Shown: piece by piece, positions 49,842 through 59,431 of the stretch
How the letters are laid out: each line of letters starts with the position of its first letter
How positions within the stretch are numbered: position 1 is the stretch's first letter
Source of the DNA: an uncultured bacterium
GTDB lineage: Bacteria; Babelota; Babeliae; Babelales; Babelaceae
DNA length: 64,000 nucleotides
Direction of reading: 5' to 3'
Assembly: GCA_963848965.1 (NCBI GenBank)
Contig: CAWKFG010000004.1
Span: 576,001-640,000, forward strand
Position numbers and translations under genes: made by a program
The notes under the pieces: model-generated
Seen by the model: only the letters and a program-made list of their open reading frames with translations
Told to the model about the DNA's origin: nothing
Database searches by the model: none

Positions 49842-50831
49842 TTATTCTAGAGCATTCGCTGCATTTGCCTGAGCTTGTGGCTGTGATCCATTTTTAAGGA
49901 GCTCTGCTCCTCGCTTTTTCATCCAGTCTTCTAAATCTTTTATAGGACCTCCAGATGCCGGCGTTTGTTGTGGTGCTGGTGGCTTTGGTTTATATTGATC
50001 ATAGGCATAGACTTTAAACACAAATTCAAAGGGATATTCAACAGTACCAGCCGGATTTACACGGCTTCCTCTTATAGTTACATAAGCAGGAATAAGCGAT
50101 TTATACTTTTCCCACACTTCAGACTCTTTCCATTCTTTAAGCGCTGCAGGAGGTGTTTTGCTCTCTGCTGGTTTCTGCTCTTGTTGAGCAGTATCCTTTT
50201 TCTCTTCTGGAGCTTCATACACCGTAAGTTCTACAGAGAAATTTTTTATGCCAGAAGCAATCTCATACGATGGAGAAAACTGCGGGGCTCGTAATGACTT
50301 TACATCAGTACGATCAGCTTCGTACCGATACATTAAACGCAAAGCAGCTGGGTTGTTAGGATCCTTTTCTAAGAGATAAGCAACTCGTCTTACATACGGA
50401 ACAACTACCAATTTGCCATCTTTATCAAGCGTTTGTAAGCCACCAGTTGTAATAAATGTCCAAAAAAGGTCAGTACCTTTTTGTTCTATTATGAGTACAG
50501 AATCTTCAGGAGCCTTTTTTTCTTGTTGAGCACCTTGTGCTGGAGATTGCTGAGTTGCTTGTTGTGCAGCTTGCTGTTTTGCTTGCGCTTGCTTTTTCTT
50601 CATCTCTTTTTCCACATAGGGCTTAAGAGCTTTTTGAGGAGCAAACATACCAGTTACATCTTTTTCAAGCTGGGTATACAATGCCATTAAGGGAACATCA
50701 ACATCCATAATATCGGTTATACGAGCAACTCCACGACGAGTTTGTGATAACATTTGATATAAGCTTATCACCATCAAGGAAGATATAAGCAGAGCAAGCA
50801 TAAGCTCTATAAGCGTAAAACCAGATCTCAT
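49842..50831 (-). CDS. gspJ: Type II secretion pseudopilin GspJ-like
   Basis: SG|FTLIELM, QLEKDV, gene order. Confidence 0.75.
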   Translation of the reverse strand: MRSGFTLIELMLALLISSLMVISLYQMLSQTRRGVARITDIMDVDVPLMALYTQLEKDVTGMFAPQKALKPYVEKEMKKKQAQAKQQAAQQATQQSPAQGAQQEKKAPEDSVLIIEQKGTDLFWTFITTGGLQTLDKDGKLVVVPYVRRVAYLLEKDPNNPAALRLMYRYEADRTDVKSLRAPQFSPSYEIASGIKNFSVELTVYEAPEEKKDTAQQEQKPAESKTPPAALKEWKESEVWEKYKSLIPAYVTIRGSRVNPAGTVEYPFEFVFKVYAYDQYKPKPPAPQQTPASGGPIKDLEDWMKKRGAELLKNGSQPQAQANAANALE

Positions 50832-51253
50832 GACTCAGTACGCTCCTTTTCCTTTGGATAAAAACGAAACATAGTAAACGTTTCTTTTTGGTCACCAAGT
50901 AGTCCTGGCCACTGTGCTTCTACGTGTTCAATAACAAGATGTGGATACGCTTTAAACTTTTGAGCATCGGTAGGAGCTGCAACTGAATATCGTAAGGTTG
51001 TAACAGGATCCTCAATTTTTCTCTCTTGTATTCCTTCTTTTTCATACAATTTATCGCGATCTGCCTGGACAAACATACTTTTTATATAAGGAATACGGTC
51101 AATAATTCCATGTGCGCCAAAAACAGCACGTGATAGTACCCCTTGAAGGCTTAAAAGAGAGGTCACAGAGATTCCTACAATTAAAATAGCAATCATTGCC
51201 TCCAGTAAGCTTAGGCCCTTCTTATGTACAAAAAATATTTTTATTATATACAT
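50828..51253 (-). CDS. gspI: Type II secretion pseudopilin GspI-like
   Basis: KG|LSLLEAM, gene order. Confidence 0.7.
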   Translation of the reverse strand: MYIIKIFFVHKKGLSLLEAMIAILIVGISVTSLLSLQGVLSRAVFGAHGIIDRIPYIKSMFVQADRDKLYEKEGIQERKIEDPVTTLRYSVAAPTDAQKFKAYPHLVIEHVEAQWPGLLGDQKETFTMFRFYPKEKERTES

Positions 51254-51735
51254 TAGCGTAATCTAAAAACTCCTGTAAAAGGGTTTAAATAGAATTCATA
51301 GTTCCCTGCTCGCTGATTTTGAGCACGCACACGATGATCAATAAGTGTCATAGTTACTTCTTGACTGATACCATCTGGATTTAAAAGAAAGTAGACAGTA
51401 CGTTTCTCGCCAGCGGCAGTAAATTGGCTTTTTCCATTAATGAGTACATCACCTATTTCAACTACATCAGGTATAGCAATAGAGCGCTTAACCTTATTAT
51501 CATTTACTCCCTGTAGCTCAACTTTTTTAGCCATTATATTAAAAAGCACTTTTTGAGACTCTTGGGTCTGTAGGGCCAATTGCGCGCCATCCTGCACTAA
51601 AGCATTAAGGCGCGCAATAAACTGTTCACTTTGTGTCAGTGTTCCTCTGGTAAATCGAGGAATACCCAAGGTCGCCACTATTCCAATGATAAGAATAACG
51701 ATCATTAGCTCAATAAGTGAAAACCCTTGTTTCAC
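51253..51735 (-). CDS. gspH: Type II secretion pseudopilin GspH-like
   Basis: QG|FSLIELM, NPDG, gene order. Confidence 0.7.
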   Translation of the reverse strand: MKQGFSLIELMIVILIIGIVATLGIPRFTRGTLTQSEQFIARLNALVQDGAQLALQTQESQKVLFNIMAKKVELQGVNDNKVKRSIAIPDVVEIGDVLINGKSQFTAAGEKRTVYFLLNPDGISQEVTMTLIDHRVRAQNQRAGNYEFYLNPFTGVFRLR

Positions 51736-51741
51736 TGTGCT

Positions 51742-52191
51742 TTATCCTTCACGTGATACTGGTGAACGGATTTGAGCGTTTCCTGTCGAACCGATAGAGT
51801 AGAGTTCATATGGTGGACGAGTCCCTTTCGGATTCACTTGATATACAAACTCCTGGCTCCAGCCATCTTTAAGATCATTTTCATTTGCAAGTGGTTCGCC
51901 CCATTTTCTTTGGAGTTTTGCATCAGAAGGACCTTCTACAAGCTCTCTGAGTTCGGTAGGATATTGCCCCAAACGTAAGTTATATGATTCTAAAGCACTA
52001 TCGAGTGTAGCAAGTTTTGAATCTGTAGCAGTTGCCTTAGCACGTTGTAAAAATGCAAAGCCTCCAAAAGCAACAGCTGCTAATACACCGATAATTAAAA
52101 TCACAATCATAATTTCAATTAAACTGAAACCATTTTTGTGATTTCTTCTTTTCTGTAAGCGTTCTTGTGAACACGTAAGAGAAATAGCCAT
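51742..52191 (-). CDS. gspG: Type II secretion major pseudopilin GspG
   Basis: NG|FSLIEIM, LESY..RLGQYP, KDGW..FVY, YELYSIG. Confidence 0.85.
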   Translation of the reverse strand: MAISLTCSQERLQKRRNHKNGFSLIEIMIVILIIGVLAAVAFGGFAFLQRAKATATDSKLATLDSALESYNLRLGQYPTELRELVEGPSDAKLQRKWGEPLANENDLKDGWSQEFVYQVNPKGTRPPYELYSIGSTGNAQIRSPVSREG

Positions 52192-52218
52192 GAAATTCCT
52201 TTCTTAAATAAATGGTAT

Positions 52219-53442
52219 CTACTTCAATTTGTCTACCATACTTGTAAGATTTTGTATAGGAAGCATTACTGCAGCTATAACAAATCCTACAACAACAAAC
52301 ATAATAACGAGCATTACAGGGCCTAATAAAGATGAAAGCGTATCTGCAGTTTCTCGTAAATCATCTTCAAAGTACCGTGCTACTGTTAAAAGCATTTTAT
52401 CTAATTGACCACTCTGTTCTCCTGTATTAATGAGGTAGGTTGCAACAGGAGGAAATAATCCTGTCTCTTTCAAGTAGTGAGCAATCTTACCTTGTTTAAT
52501 AATATTTTCACGTGCCTTTTCAAGAGAATTGGTAAGCACTTTATTATCTACAATTTTTACTACAATACCTAACGCTTCTGCTAAATTTACACCACCTTCT
52601 ATAAGCATACCAAGAGTACTACTAAATTGCACAATAGCATTGGTACGAGCAAAATAACCAATAAGCGGTAACCGTAATTTAATTTTATCAAGAGTATAAG
52701 CGCCTGAAGGAGTAGACTTCCAAAAACGGAACGCTAGTATAAGCGTAATAATAATGAGCCCTAAAGCAATATAATGATTCAATATAAAGTTAGAAACAGC
52801 AAGTAATGCTCTGGTTACAAAAGGCAGAGCGATATTTTGCCCTTCAAACACCGTTGCAATTTGAGGAACTACAAATGTAAGAAGCCCTACCACGACAAGA
52901 AGAATAACTCCCAGCTGGAAAAGAGGGTACCGCAATGCTCCTCGTACTTTCTTACGAATTTCTTCTGTTCGCTCTAAAAAGTCAGTAAGACGTTCTAAAA
53001 TAACTTCTAGCCTCCCAGTTGCTTCACCCGCTCGTACTAATTGCACATAAATAGTATCAAATACATGAGGATACTTTTGCAAACCATCAGCAAGAGAACG
53101 CCCCTCACGAAGATTATCGCGCAATACTATAACAATATTTTTTAATGTTCCTTCTGTCTGTTCAATTAAAAGCTCAAGAGCTTGCACAAGTGGTATCCCT
53201 GACCGTAGTAGTACTCCTAATTGTTTGGTAAAGAATACTTTATCCTTAAGACTTACACCACGTTGAAAAATACGTTTATAAAAAGGAACAGAGGTCGCTT
53301 GAGTGTGCGAAAGTTCTATTTTAGTAGGAAATATACCCATACGAGAAAGCTGTTCACGCGCCCCTTGAGTGGTTGAAGCATCAACATATCCTGTTACTCG
53401 TTTTCCTTCACGTGAAATTGCTTGGTAAAAATATAATGCCAT
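52219..53442 (-). CDS. gspF: Type II secretion inner-membrane platform GspF/PilC
   Basis: LRSGIPL, AGEATGRL, ALRYP, GEQSGQLD. Confidence 0.92.
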   Translation of the reverse strand: MALYFYQAISREGKRVTGYVDASTTQGAREQLSRMGIFPTKIELSHTQATSVPFYKRIFQRGVSLKDKVFFTKQLGVLLRSGIPLVQALELLIEQTEGTLKNIVIVLRDNLREGRSLADGLQKYPHVFDTIYVQLVRAGEATGRLEVILERLTDFLERTEEIRKKVRGALRYPLFQLGVILLVVVGLLTFVVPQIATVFEGQNIALPFVTRALLAVSNFILNHYIALGLIIITLILAFRFWKSTPSGAYTLDKIKLRLPLIGYFARTNAIVQFSSTLGMLIEGGVNLAEALGIVVKIVDNKVLTNSLEKARENIIKQGKIAHYLKETGLFPPVATYLINTGEQSGQLDKMLLTVARYFEDDLRETADTLSSLLGPVMLVIMFVVVGFVIAAVMLPIQNLTSMVDKLK

Positions 53443-53528
53443 TTAATACCCTTTAAGTCACACTTGAATAACTTTAAGCTCCATGCTACCCTGAATCCCA
53501 ACAAGGGAATTTTATAGAAAGGAGCTTT

Positions 53529-54533
53529 ATGAAACTACGCTATATATCATTTATTGTATGCGTTTGTTCCATTTTTTTAGCAAGCCATTTTACCTTTTCA
53601 TTTTCTAAAGATAGCGAAAAGAAAGGGGATAATCAATATATGCATACATTAGACGATAGCCTTCCAGAGATATTCTTTGCTCCTCTTGAATATACTCGAG
53701 CAAGCATCGAACAATTTCTTGAGCATACGTATAATCATCCTCTTTATGGCCCAAAGTTTTTTGCCTTAAATCTCTTTCATGTAGCTGAATTTCTTAAACA
53801 CGCACATAAAACAAGACAGCCAAGACGTTACATTTCAAAAGCTTTACAGCGTTTTATTCATAAGGAACATAGCCTTATCTATATTAATTCTACAGCATTT
53901 TTTGAACTTTTAGAACAACTACCTGAATTTTTAAAGCCTTATTTTGATAAAAGTAAAGAAAAAAAAGAAATACTTTCAGACATCAAACGGTGTGCTTACA
54001 ATTTTCTAGCACAAGAATTTCATTATCTAAAATCTGACCCTGACAAAGCATTAGATAAATTTGCAGAGTCCCTATATGAATGCACAACTAACAGAAATAA
54101 AGTAAAATCATATGATATTTCTAGCACACGGTTACAACAAATTATTGTAGAATTTTTAAAAACATCTTGTAGCAAACTTATTTGGAGCGCTGTCGATCAA
54201 GAATGGTCATGGAATCTTGTAAAATCATTTTCCTGTAAATTTGTAAATCTGTATAAAGCAGGCATTATTACTCCAAAACAGCTTAATGAACTGTTATGGA
54301 TTCTTTTGTACCGCTACTGTTACTTTTTAGAGCTTGAGGGTGAAAAACTGTCTCCTGAATTTTATGCTCATGTCCGCAAAGATCTCGAAACAGAACAGGT
54401 ACCTCTATGGTCAACACCTGAACGTAATCAGTATGCTATTAAAAAACTGCATTACCTTCAGCAATCTTTGATGGAAGCTGAAATTTTTGCACAAGCATAC
54501 CATTCAGGTTTAGTAGCTAAAAGAGCAGTTTAA
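53529..54533 (+). CDS. Secreted hypothetical protein
   Basis: AGGAG RBS, signal peptide, helical-looking body. Confidence 0.7.
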   Translation: MKLRYISFIVCVCSIFLASHFTFSFSKDSEKKGDNQYMHTLDDSLPEIFFAPLEYTRASIEQFLEHTYNHPLYGPKFFALNLFHVAEFLKHAHKTRQPRRYISKALQRFIHKEHSLIYINSTAFFELLEQLPEFLKPYFDKSKEKKEILSDIKRCAYNFLAQEFHYLKSDPDKALDKFAESLYECTTNRNKVKSYDISSTRLQQIIVEFLKTSCSKLIWSAVDQEWSWNLVKSFSCKFVNLYKAGIITPKQLNELLWILLYRYCYFLELEGEKLSPEFYAHVRKDLETEQVPLWSTPERNQYAIKKLHYLQQSLMEAEIFAQAYHSGLVAKRAV

Positions 54534-55039
54534 CGTACAGGCTGTGTTGTAGTCACTGTCGTAGTTGCCACTGGTGTAGTACTAGCTCCTACTGTACCTC
54601 GAATAACAGCACTTGTATCTGCTATTGTACCTGCAGTTGTTGTAGCTGCTGTCGTAGTTGCAGCTTGAGGTATAGTCGTTGTAACAGCAACGGGTGCTGC
54701 AGTAACTGTGGCTCCTCCTGCAACTACCGGAGTAAGTCCTGCAGTAGTTCCTGTAACTACGCCTGTTGCAGCAGCAGGGGTGCCGACAAGAGTTGCAACT
54801 GGTGTTGTCACTGTTGTAACAGGAAGAACGGGTGCTACTGCTACTGCACGTGCTTCACATCTGTTATGCTCTGCACAGGCTTGCGCGCATGTAGTGCGAG
54901 AATCAAAAGCTCGTACTCCACAAAAACCACTTGGAGAACAGCAAAAAAACATAGTTTTGGAAGCAGTTTGCGCTACTGTATCCTTTAAACAGAATCCTAT
55001 AAGTAAAAATAAGATAACTTTTAGTATAAAATTTTCCAT
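54530..55039 (-). CDS. Secreted 6-Cys mini-domain with T/A/V/P-rich mucin-like tail
   Basis: Signal, CCSPSGFC..C...C..C, ATTTAATTT repeats. Confidence 0.7.
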   Translation of the reverse strand: MENFILKVILFLLIGFCLKDTVAQTASKTMFFCCSPSGFCGVRAFDSRTTCAQACAEHNRCEARAVAVAPVLPVTTVTTPVATLVGTPAAATGVVTGTTAGLTPVVAGGATVTAAPVAVTTTIPQAATTTAATTTAGTIADTSAVIRGTVGASTTPVATTTVTTTQPVR

Positions 55040-55337
55040 CTCTCTTCTTTCGTGTTACATTACATATACTAGCCTTTGCGCCGACTCTCACCCTTCATTC
55101 ACCATGTGGCTAGGGGACCAAGACAATTACATCTTGCCCACTATAAACATAAGAAGGTTGAGATGTATTATACCTACTTCCGACATGCAATAAGCCAAGA
55201 GGAAGAAGCTATAGCACAGGCAGAGGGCGTTTTTATTTTCCGTTATTTAGGAGTATACTAAAATAAATGTCTTATTTGCAATAATATGATATTTAAAATA
55301 ATTTTAGCTTTATTTTAAGCATAATGAGGAGTCTTCG

Positions 55338-55940
55338 ATGTCAAGAAGGGCAGTAAAAGGTAAACTTGAAGTCGTGTGTGGTTCAATGTTTTCAGGCAAA
55401 ACAGAAGAACTTATTCGTCGTTTAAGACGAGCAGAGCTTGCCCAGTTAAAGAGTTGTGTTTTTAAGCACCGGCTCGATGATCGTATGACTATAGAATATA
55501 TTTATGCGCATAGTGGTGACAAATTTAAAGCAATTGCACTTGATAACCCAAAAGATATGGCACTTTTCATTACCGATGATATTCAAGTTGTAGGCATTGA
55601 TGAGATACAGTTCTTTTCTTCAGATATTGTACCTGTTATTCTACAGCTCATTGATAGTGGCAAACGCGTTATTGCAGCAGGGCTCGATTTGGATTTTAGA
55701 GGAATTCCTTTTGGGTGCATTCCTACGTTACTTGCTATAGCAGACTGTGTAACCAAATTAAATGCTGTATGTATGGAATGTGGCAATGAAGCACATTTTA
55801 GCCAACGATTAATCAATGGTAAAGCTGCAAAATTTAATGATCCTATAATTATGATCGGAGCACAAGAATCATATCAAGCACGGTGCCGTGATTGTTATAT
55901 TATTGACCAAACTCCAAATGAGGTGATTATTACACGATGA
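55338..55940 (+). CDS. tdk: Thymidine kinase
   Basis: GSMFSGKTEEL, IDEIQFF, AGLDLDFRG, C..C and CRDC. Confidence 0.96.
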   Translation: MSRRAVKGKLEVVCGSMFSGKTEELIRRLRRAELAQLKSCVFKHRLDDRMTIEYIYAHSGDKFKAIALDNPKDMALFITDDIQVVGIDEIQFFSSDIVPVILQLIDSGKRVIAAGLDLDFRGIPFGCIPTLLAIADCVTKLNAVCMECGNEAHFSQRLINGKAAKFNDPIIMIGAQESYQARCRDCYIIDQTPNEVIITR

Positions 55941-57271
55941 GTAAACAAAAAACTGCCTATAACTGTGGAAACTGTAGCTATCAGACAATAAAATGGCTTG
56001 GTTGTTGTCCTGAATGTAAAGCATGGAACACCTTTGAGCCAGTAACTGTTGCGCGAGAGTATAAAACAGCTCTTAAAGCTTCTGTTCCTTTAGTGGACCT
56101 TACTACTGTAACGACGCGGCCTATGCAGCGTATGCTCTCAGGAGTCAAAGAGTGGGACAGAGTTACAGGAGGCGGTATTGTTCCCGGTGGATTTTTGATA
56201 GTAACAGGAGACCCGGGTATTGGTAAATCTACATTACTTCTTCAGATTGCCTACCGCTTGGCTCAACATCATAAAGTATTTTATTTTTCTTCAGAAGAAT
56301 CTCTTGAGCAGGTAAAATTACGTGCAGAGCGGCTTACTTGTATCTCATCAAGCCTCTTGTTTTCAGATCAAGCAAATCTTGATGAGATTATCATAACTGC
56401 CCAAACTCATAAACCTGATATTATCATTCTTGACTCTATTCAAAATTGTTATATCCAAGACCAACAAACAGTACCTGGCAGTATTGGGCAACTCAAAGAA
56501 GCTGCATTTAAACTTATGCGCCTTGCAAAAGAGCATAACATTGCTGTTATTGCAAGCGGGCATATAACAAAAGAAGGTGTCATTGCAGGACCTAAAATGC
56601 TTGAACATATGGTTGATGCAGTATTCTATTTACAAGGTGAAGATAGATGGCAAACTCGCGTGTTACGATCAGTAAAAAATAGATTTGGAACAATCAATGA
56701 ACTTGGATTCTTTGAAATGCAAGAACAAGGACTTCAAGAAGTTCCTAACATCAACCAATACTTACTTGAAGAAGTTTCACATTCTCCTGGTTCAGTACTT
56801 ATTAGCTTTATGGAAGGCTCTCGCCCACTTCTTATTGAACTTCAAGCACTTGTGCTCTCATCAAAGTATGGGATGCCACAACGTGTTGTATCTGGTATTG
56901 ATCAAACACAGGTTGTACTTATTGCAGCAATTTTAGAAAAGTATTTACAAGTAAAACTGAGCGCACATGATATCTTCTTTAAAATCAGTGGTGGCTTTAA
57001 AATTAAAAGTAATGCTGCAGATCTTGGCATTGCACTTGCACTACTTTCAAGCTATTTTCAAAAACCACTGCCAGAAAAAGCTCTTGCTTTAGGTGAAATA
57101 AGTCTTACAGGCCAAATTAAACCTATTAACTCTATTAATCTTCATGTAGGAGAAGCAGAAAAGTTTGGTATTGAGCGCCTTATGCTTGCAAGAAATCAAA
57201 AGGTAGAAACTGGCGCCAAAACTATGAAGTTTTATAATGTATATGAACTTTTATCCCTCTTTGGAGACTAA
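55937..57271 (+). CDS. radA: DNA repair protein RadA/Sms
   Basis: N-terminal zinc finger, GDPGIGKST, KNRFG. Confidence 0.97.
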   Translation: MSKQKTAYNCGNCSYQTIKWLGCCPECKAWNTFEPVTVAREYKTALKASVPLVDLTTVTTRPMQRMLSGVKEWDRVTGGGIVPGGFLIVTGDPGIGKSTLLLQIAYRLAQHHKVFYFSSEESLEQVKLRAERLTCISSSLLFSDQANLDEIIITAQTHKPDIIILDSIQNCYIQDQQTVPGSIGQLKEAAFKLMRLAKEHNIAVIASGHITKEGVIAGPKMLEHMVDAVFYLQGEDRWQTRVLRSVKNRFGTINELGFFEMQEQGLQEVPNINQYLLEEVSHSPGSVLISFMEGSRPLLIELQALVLSSKYGMPQRVVSGIDQTQVVLIAAILEKYLQVKLSAHDIFFKISGGFKIKSNAADLGIALALLSSYFQKPLPEKALALGEISLTGQIKPINSINLHVGEAEKFGIERLMLARNQKVETGAKTMKFYNVYELLSLFGD

Positions 57272-57302
57272 AAAAATATTTAGGTTCTTTTAAAAACAAG
57301 CT

Positions 57303-57438
57303 ATGGGTTATCATTTTTATAAACGAAGGTGAAACTCCCTAAAAAAATTGAACGTAAAAACTACTTTAAAGCTTTTAAAGTCAATACAGAAGAATTAGAG
57401 TTTGATAGAGAAGAAGCTAATCAACGTTATATTCTAAT
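57303..57438 (+). pseudogene. Possible antitoxin gene remnant
   Basis: Broken frame ending ...FKVNTEELEFDREEANQR. Confidence 0.3.
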
Positions 57439-57458
57439 ATTAGAATATAATGAAAATT

Positions 57459-57480
57459 AAGGGCTGTTTCTTCAGCCCTT
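57459..57480. terminator. Hairpin between convergent genes
   Basis: AAGGGCTG-tttctt-CAGCCCTT. Confidence 0.6.
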
Positions 57481-57493
57481 GAAAAGTGAAATT

Positions 57494-58246
57494 TTACCGT
57501 AATGCCTTAATAATTTCCTGATAGTTTTGTGCTTGTACTTTAGCACCTTTAGATTGTACAGCCTTTAATTGCTTCTCTGCTAGACTTAAAGCAGTATTAC
57601 CATTTTTATCTCTCAAATCTTTTCGAGCTCCATGATTAAGTAAAAATTTTACTGTATCTACATCTGCCTCAAATGCAGCACTCATTAACGGAGTAGTTTC
57701 ATCGTATTCAACAGCACCATTAACATCGACACCCGCTTTAAGAAGATTTTCTAAAGTTTTATACAAAAGAGAGTTAAGCACTTGCCTCTCTTGCTCTTTC
57801 GATTTTGATTCATATTCTTCTGGATGTCGCATACGCCTATTTGCACTTTCTCCTAATTGAGTTACAATTTTAAAAAATTGAGATTGCGCTTTTCTTCTTA
57901 TTGCTTCATCTTCACTTATTTGTTTTGTGAGCCACTCTGTAACCTCTGGTATATCTAAAGATGCTGCAATCTGAGAAGCTTCTTCCTTACTAACCTCTGA
58001 TGCAGTAGAAATAACTGCCCCAATATTCTTTAAAAAATCAGGGTGACTTCTATAACTTCTCAATGGATCTAAAATTGTATAGTTAAGATTTAACAAACGT
58101 GCACCTGGTTGATCTACTCTTGCTTGAGGATACTTTTGCATCTCAGCCTTAAGCTTTTCTGAAAGTAAGTTTAAAAAGCTTTTTTGCTCCATACCCTGAA
58201 GCCCCGTACAACCTAAAAAAATAAAAAAGCCTATCTTTATATACAT
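57494..58246 (-). CDS. Secreted protein with degenerate F-box-like N-terminus and C-terminal ankyrin repeats
   Basis: GLQG|MEQK, SFLNLLSEKLKAEM, TPLMSAA, TALSLA. Confidence 0.8.
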   Translation of the reverse strand: MYIKIGFFIFLGCTGLQGMEQKSFLNLLSEKLKAEMQKYPQARVDQPGARLLNLNYTILDPLRSYRSHPDFLKNIGAVISTASEVSKEEASQIAASLDIPEVTEWLTKQISEDEAIRRKAQSQFFKIVTQLGESANRRMRHPEEYESKSKEQERQVLNSLLYKTLENLLKAGVDVNGAVEYDETTPLMSAAFEADVDTVKFLLNHGARKDLRDKNGNTALSLAEKQLKAVQSKGAKVQAQNYQEIIKALR

Positions 58247-58465
58247 ACCCCTCTCCTTCATTTAATTTTTGTCATTATATCTAATATTAAGTATATATTA
58301 TTTTTAATTGAAAAATAAATTATTGAGACAAATAAAATTAAAAATTCTTGGATTTTATCTTAAATAGAAATGATACAAAAACTTAAAAAGTGTAATAAGT
58401 CTCCAAGCAGTAGTAGAGATGCAGGTATAACCTTTATGTAAAAGAAGATTCAAAGCTCTTATTGT

Positions 58466-59428
58466 CTAAACATCTTTTTTGAGAAGCTCGATAATCTTTT
58501 GATATTTCTTTATTACCGCCATAAAATCTAGATTTTCAGCTGGTATTGCAGGAAGGACAGCAGCCATAAGCTGAGCTTCTTTAAGACGCAGCTCTGCTAT
58601 ATCTAAAGCAGTATGATCACTATTATTTTTCAAATCTTTTCGAGCTCCATATTTGAGCAAAAATCGTACAGTAGTAGAATCGCAATACCCTGTCGCTCTT
58701 ATTAAAGAAGTTACCCTCGTAGCCATTGTACGATCATCTTCTTGCGAGTTAATGTCAACACCAGACTTAAGAAGATTTTCTAAAGTTGTATATAAAAGTT
58801 TCTCAAGAGCAAATCTCTTTTGTTTTTCATCAGCTGTCTCTTGCTCGTGCGCTCTAATTTTGTTCCACGTATGTGAGTATTTACTTTGCCCTAAATTATC
58901 GCCTACAATGCAATAAAACTCGTAGTTGGCGTCTCTCCTCGTGACTATGTTTTCAATAATTATCTGTTTTTTAAGCCACTCAGTAACCGCAGGTATATCT
59001 AAGGCCGCCGCAATTCGAGGAATAAACATACTTTCACCTTGAGATAGTATACAAATAACAACCTCAATACTCTTTAAGAAAATTGGCAAATCAAAATAAA
59101 GCCTTAAGGGACTTAAAATAAATTCTTCTAGTCGCATGAAAGATGGTAGAACATCAGAGACTTTGAATATGGAAGCTGATAAAATGTCATACTCTTTCTC
59201 TTGACTAAACTTAGATTGCTTTTCCAATTGAATAAGACTTTTCACAATAAAAAAGATCAATTCTTTTTGAATATTTGGAGGAAGCTGGTCTAAACGAGTA
59301 GGCGCATATTTTTTTAATTCAATCACCAAATCTTGAGGCAAAAGATCCAAAAAGCTTTCTGCTTTCTTTTGCATTCCCTGAAGCCATGTATAGCTTAAAA
59401 GAGTAAGTAACACTAACTTTATATGCAT
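58466..59428 (-). CDS. Paralog of 57494 with two F-box-like motifs and ankyrin C-terminus
   Basis: WLQG|MQ, FLDLLPQDLVIEL, LDQLPPNIQKELIFFI; shared LDIP.VTEWL, LENLLK.GVD. Confidence 0.8.
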   Translation of the reverse strand: MHIKLVLLTLLSYTWLQGMQKKAESFLDLLPQDLVIELKKYAPTRLDQLPPNIQKELIFFIVKSLIQLEKQSKFSQEKEYDILSASIFKVSDVLPSFMRLEEFILSPLRLYFDLPIFLKSIEVVICILSQGESMFIPRIAAALDIPAVTEWLKKQIIIENIVTRRDANYEFYCIVGDNLGQSKYSHTWNKIRAHEQETADEKQKRFALEKLLYTTLENLLKSGVDINSQEDDRTMATRVTSLIRATGYCDSTTVRFLLKYGARKDLKNNSDHTALDIAELRLKEAQLMAAVLPAIPAENLDFMAVIKKYQKIIELLKKDV

Positions 59429-59431
59429 ATG

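Noticed and set aside
54665..55261. Plus-strand ORFs of 107, 161 and 61 aa
   Set aside because: The first two are antisense shadows of the low-complexity 54530-55039 gene; the third lacks an RBS or motif
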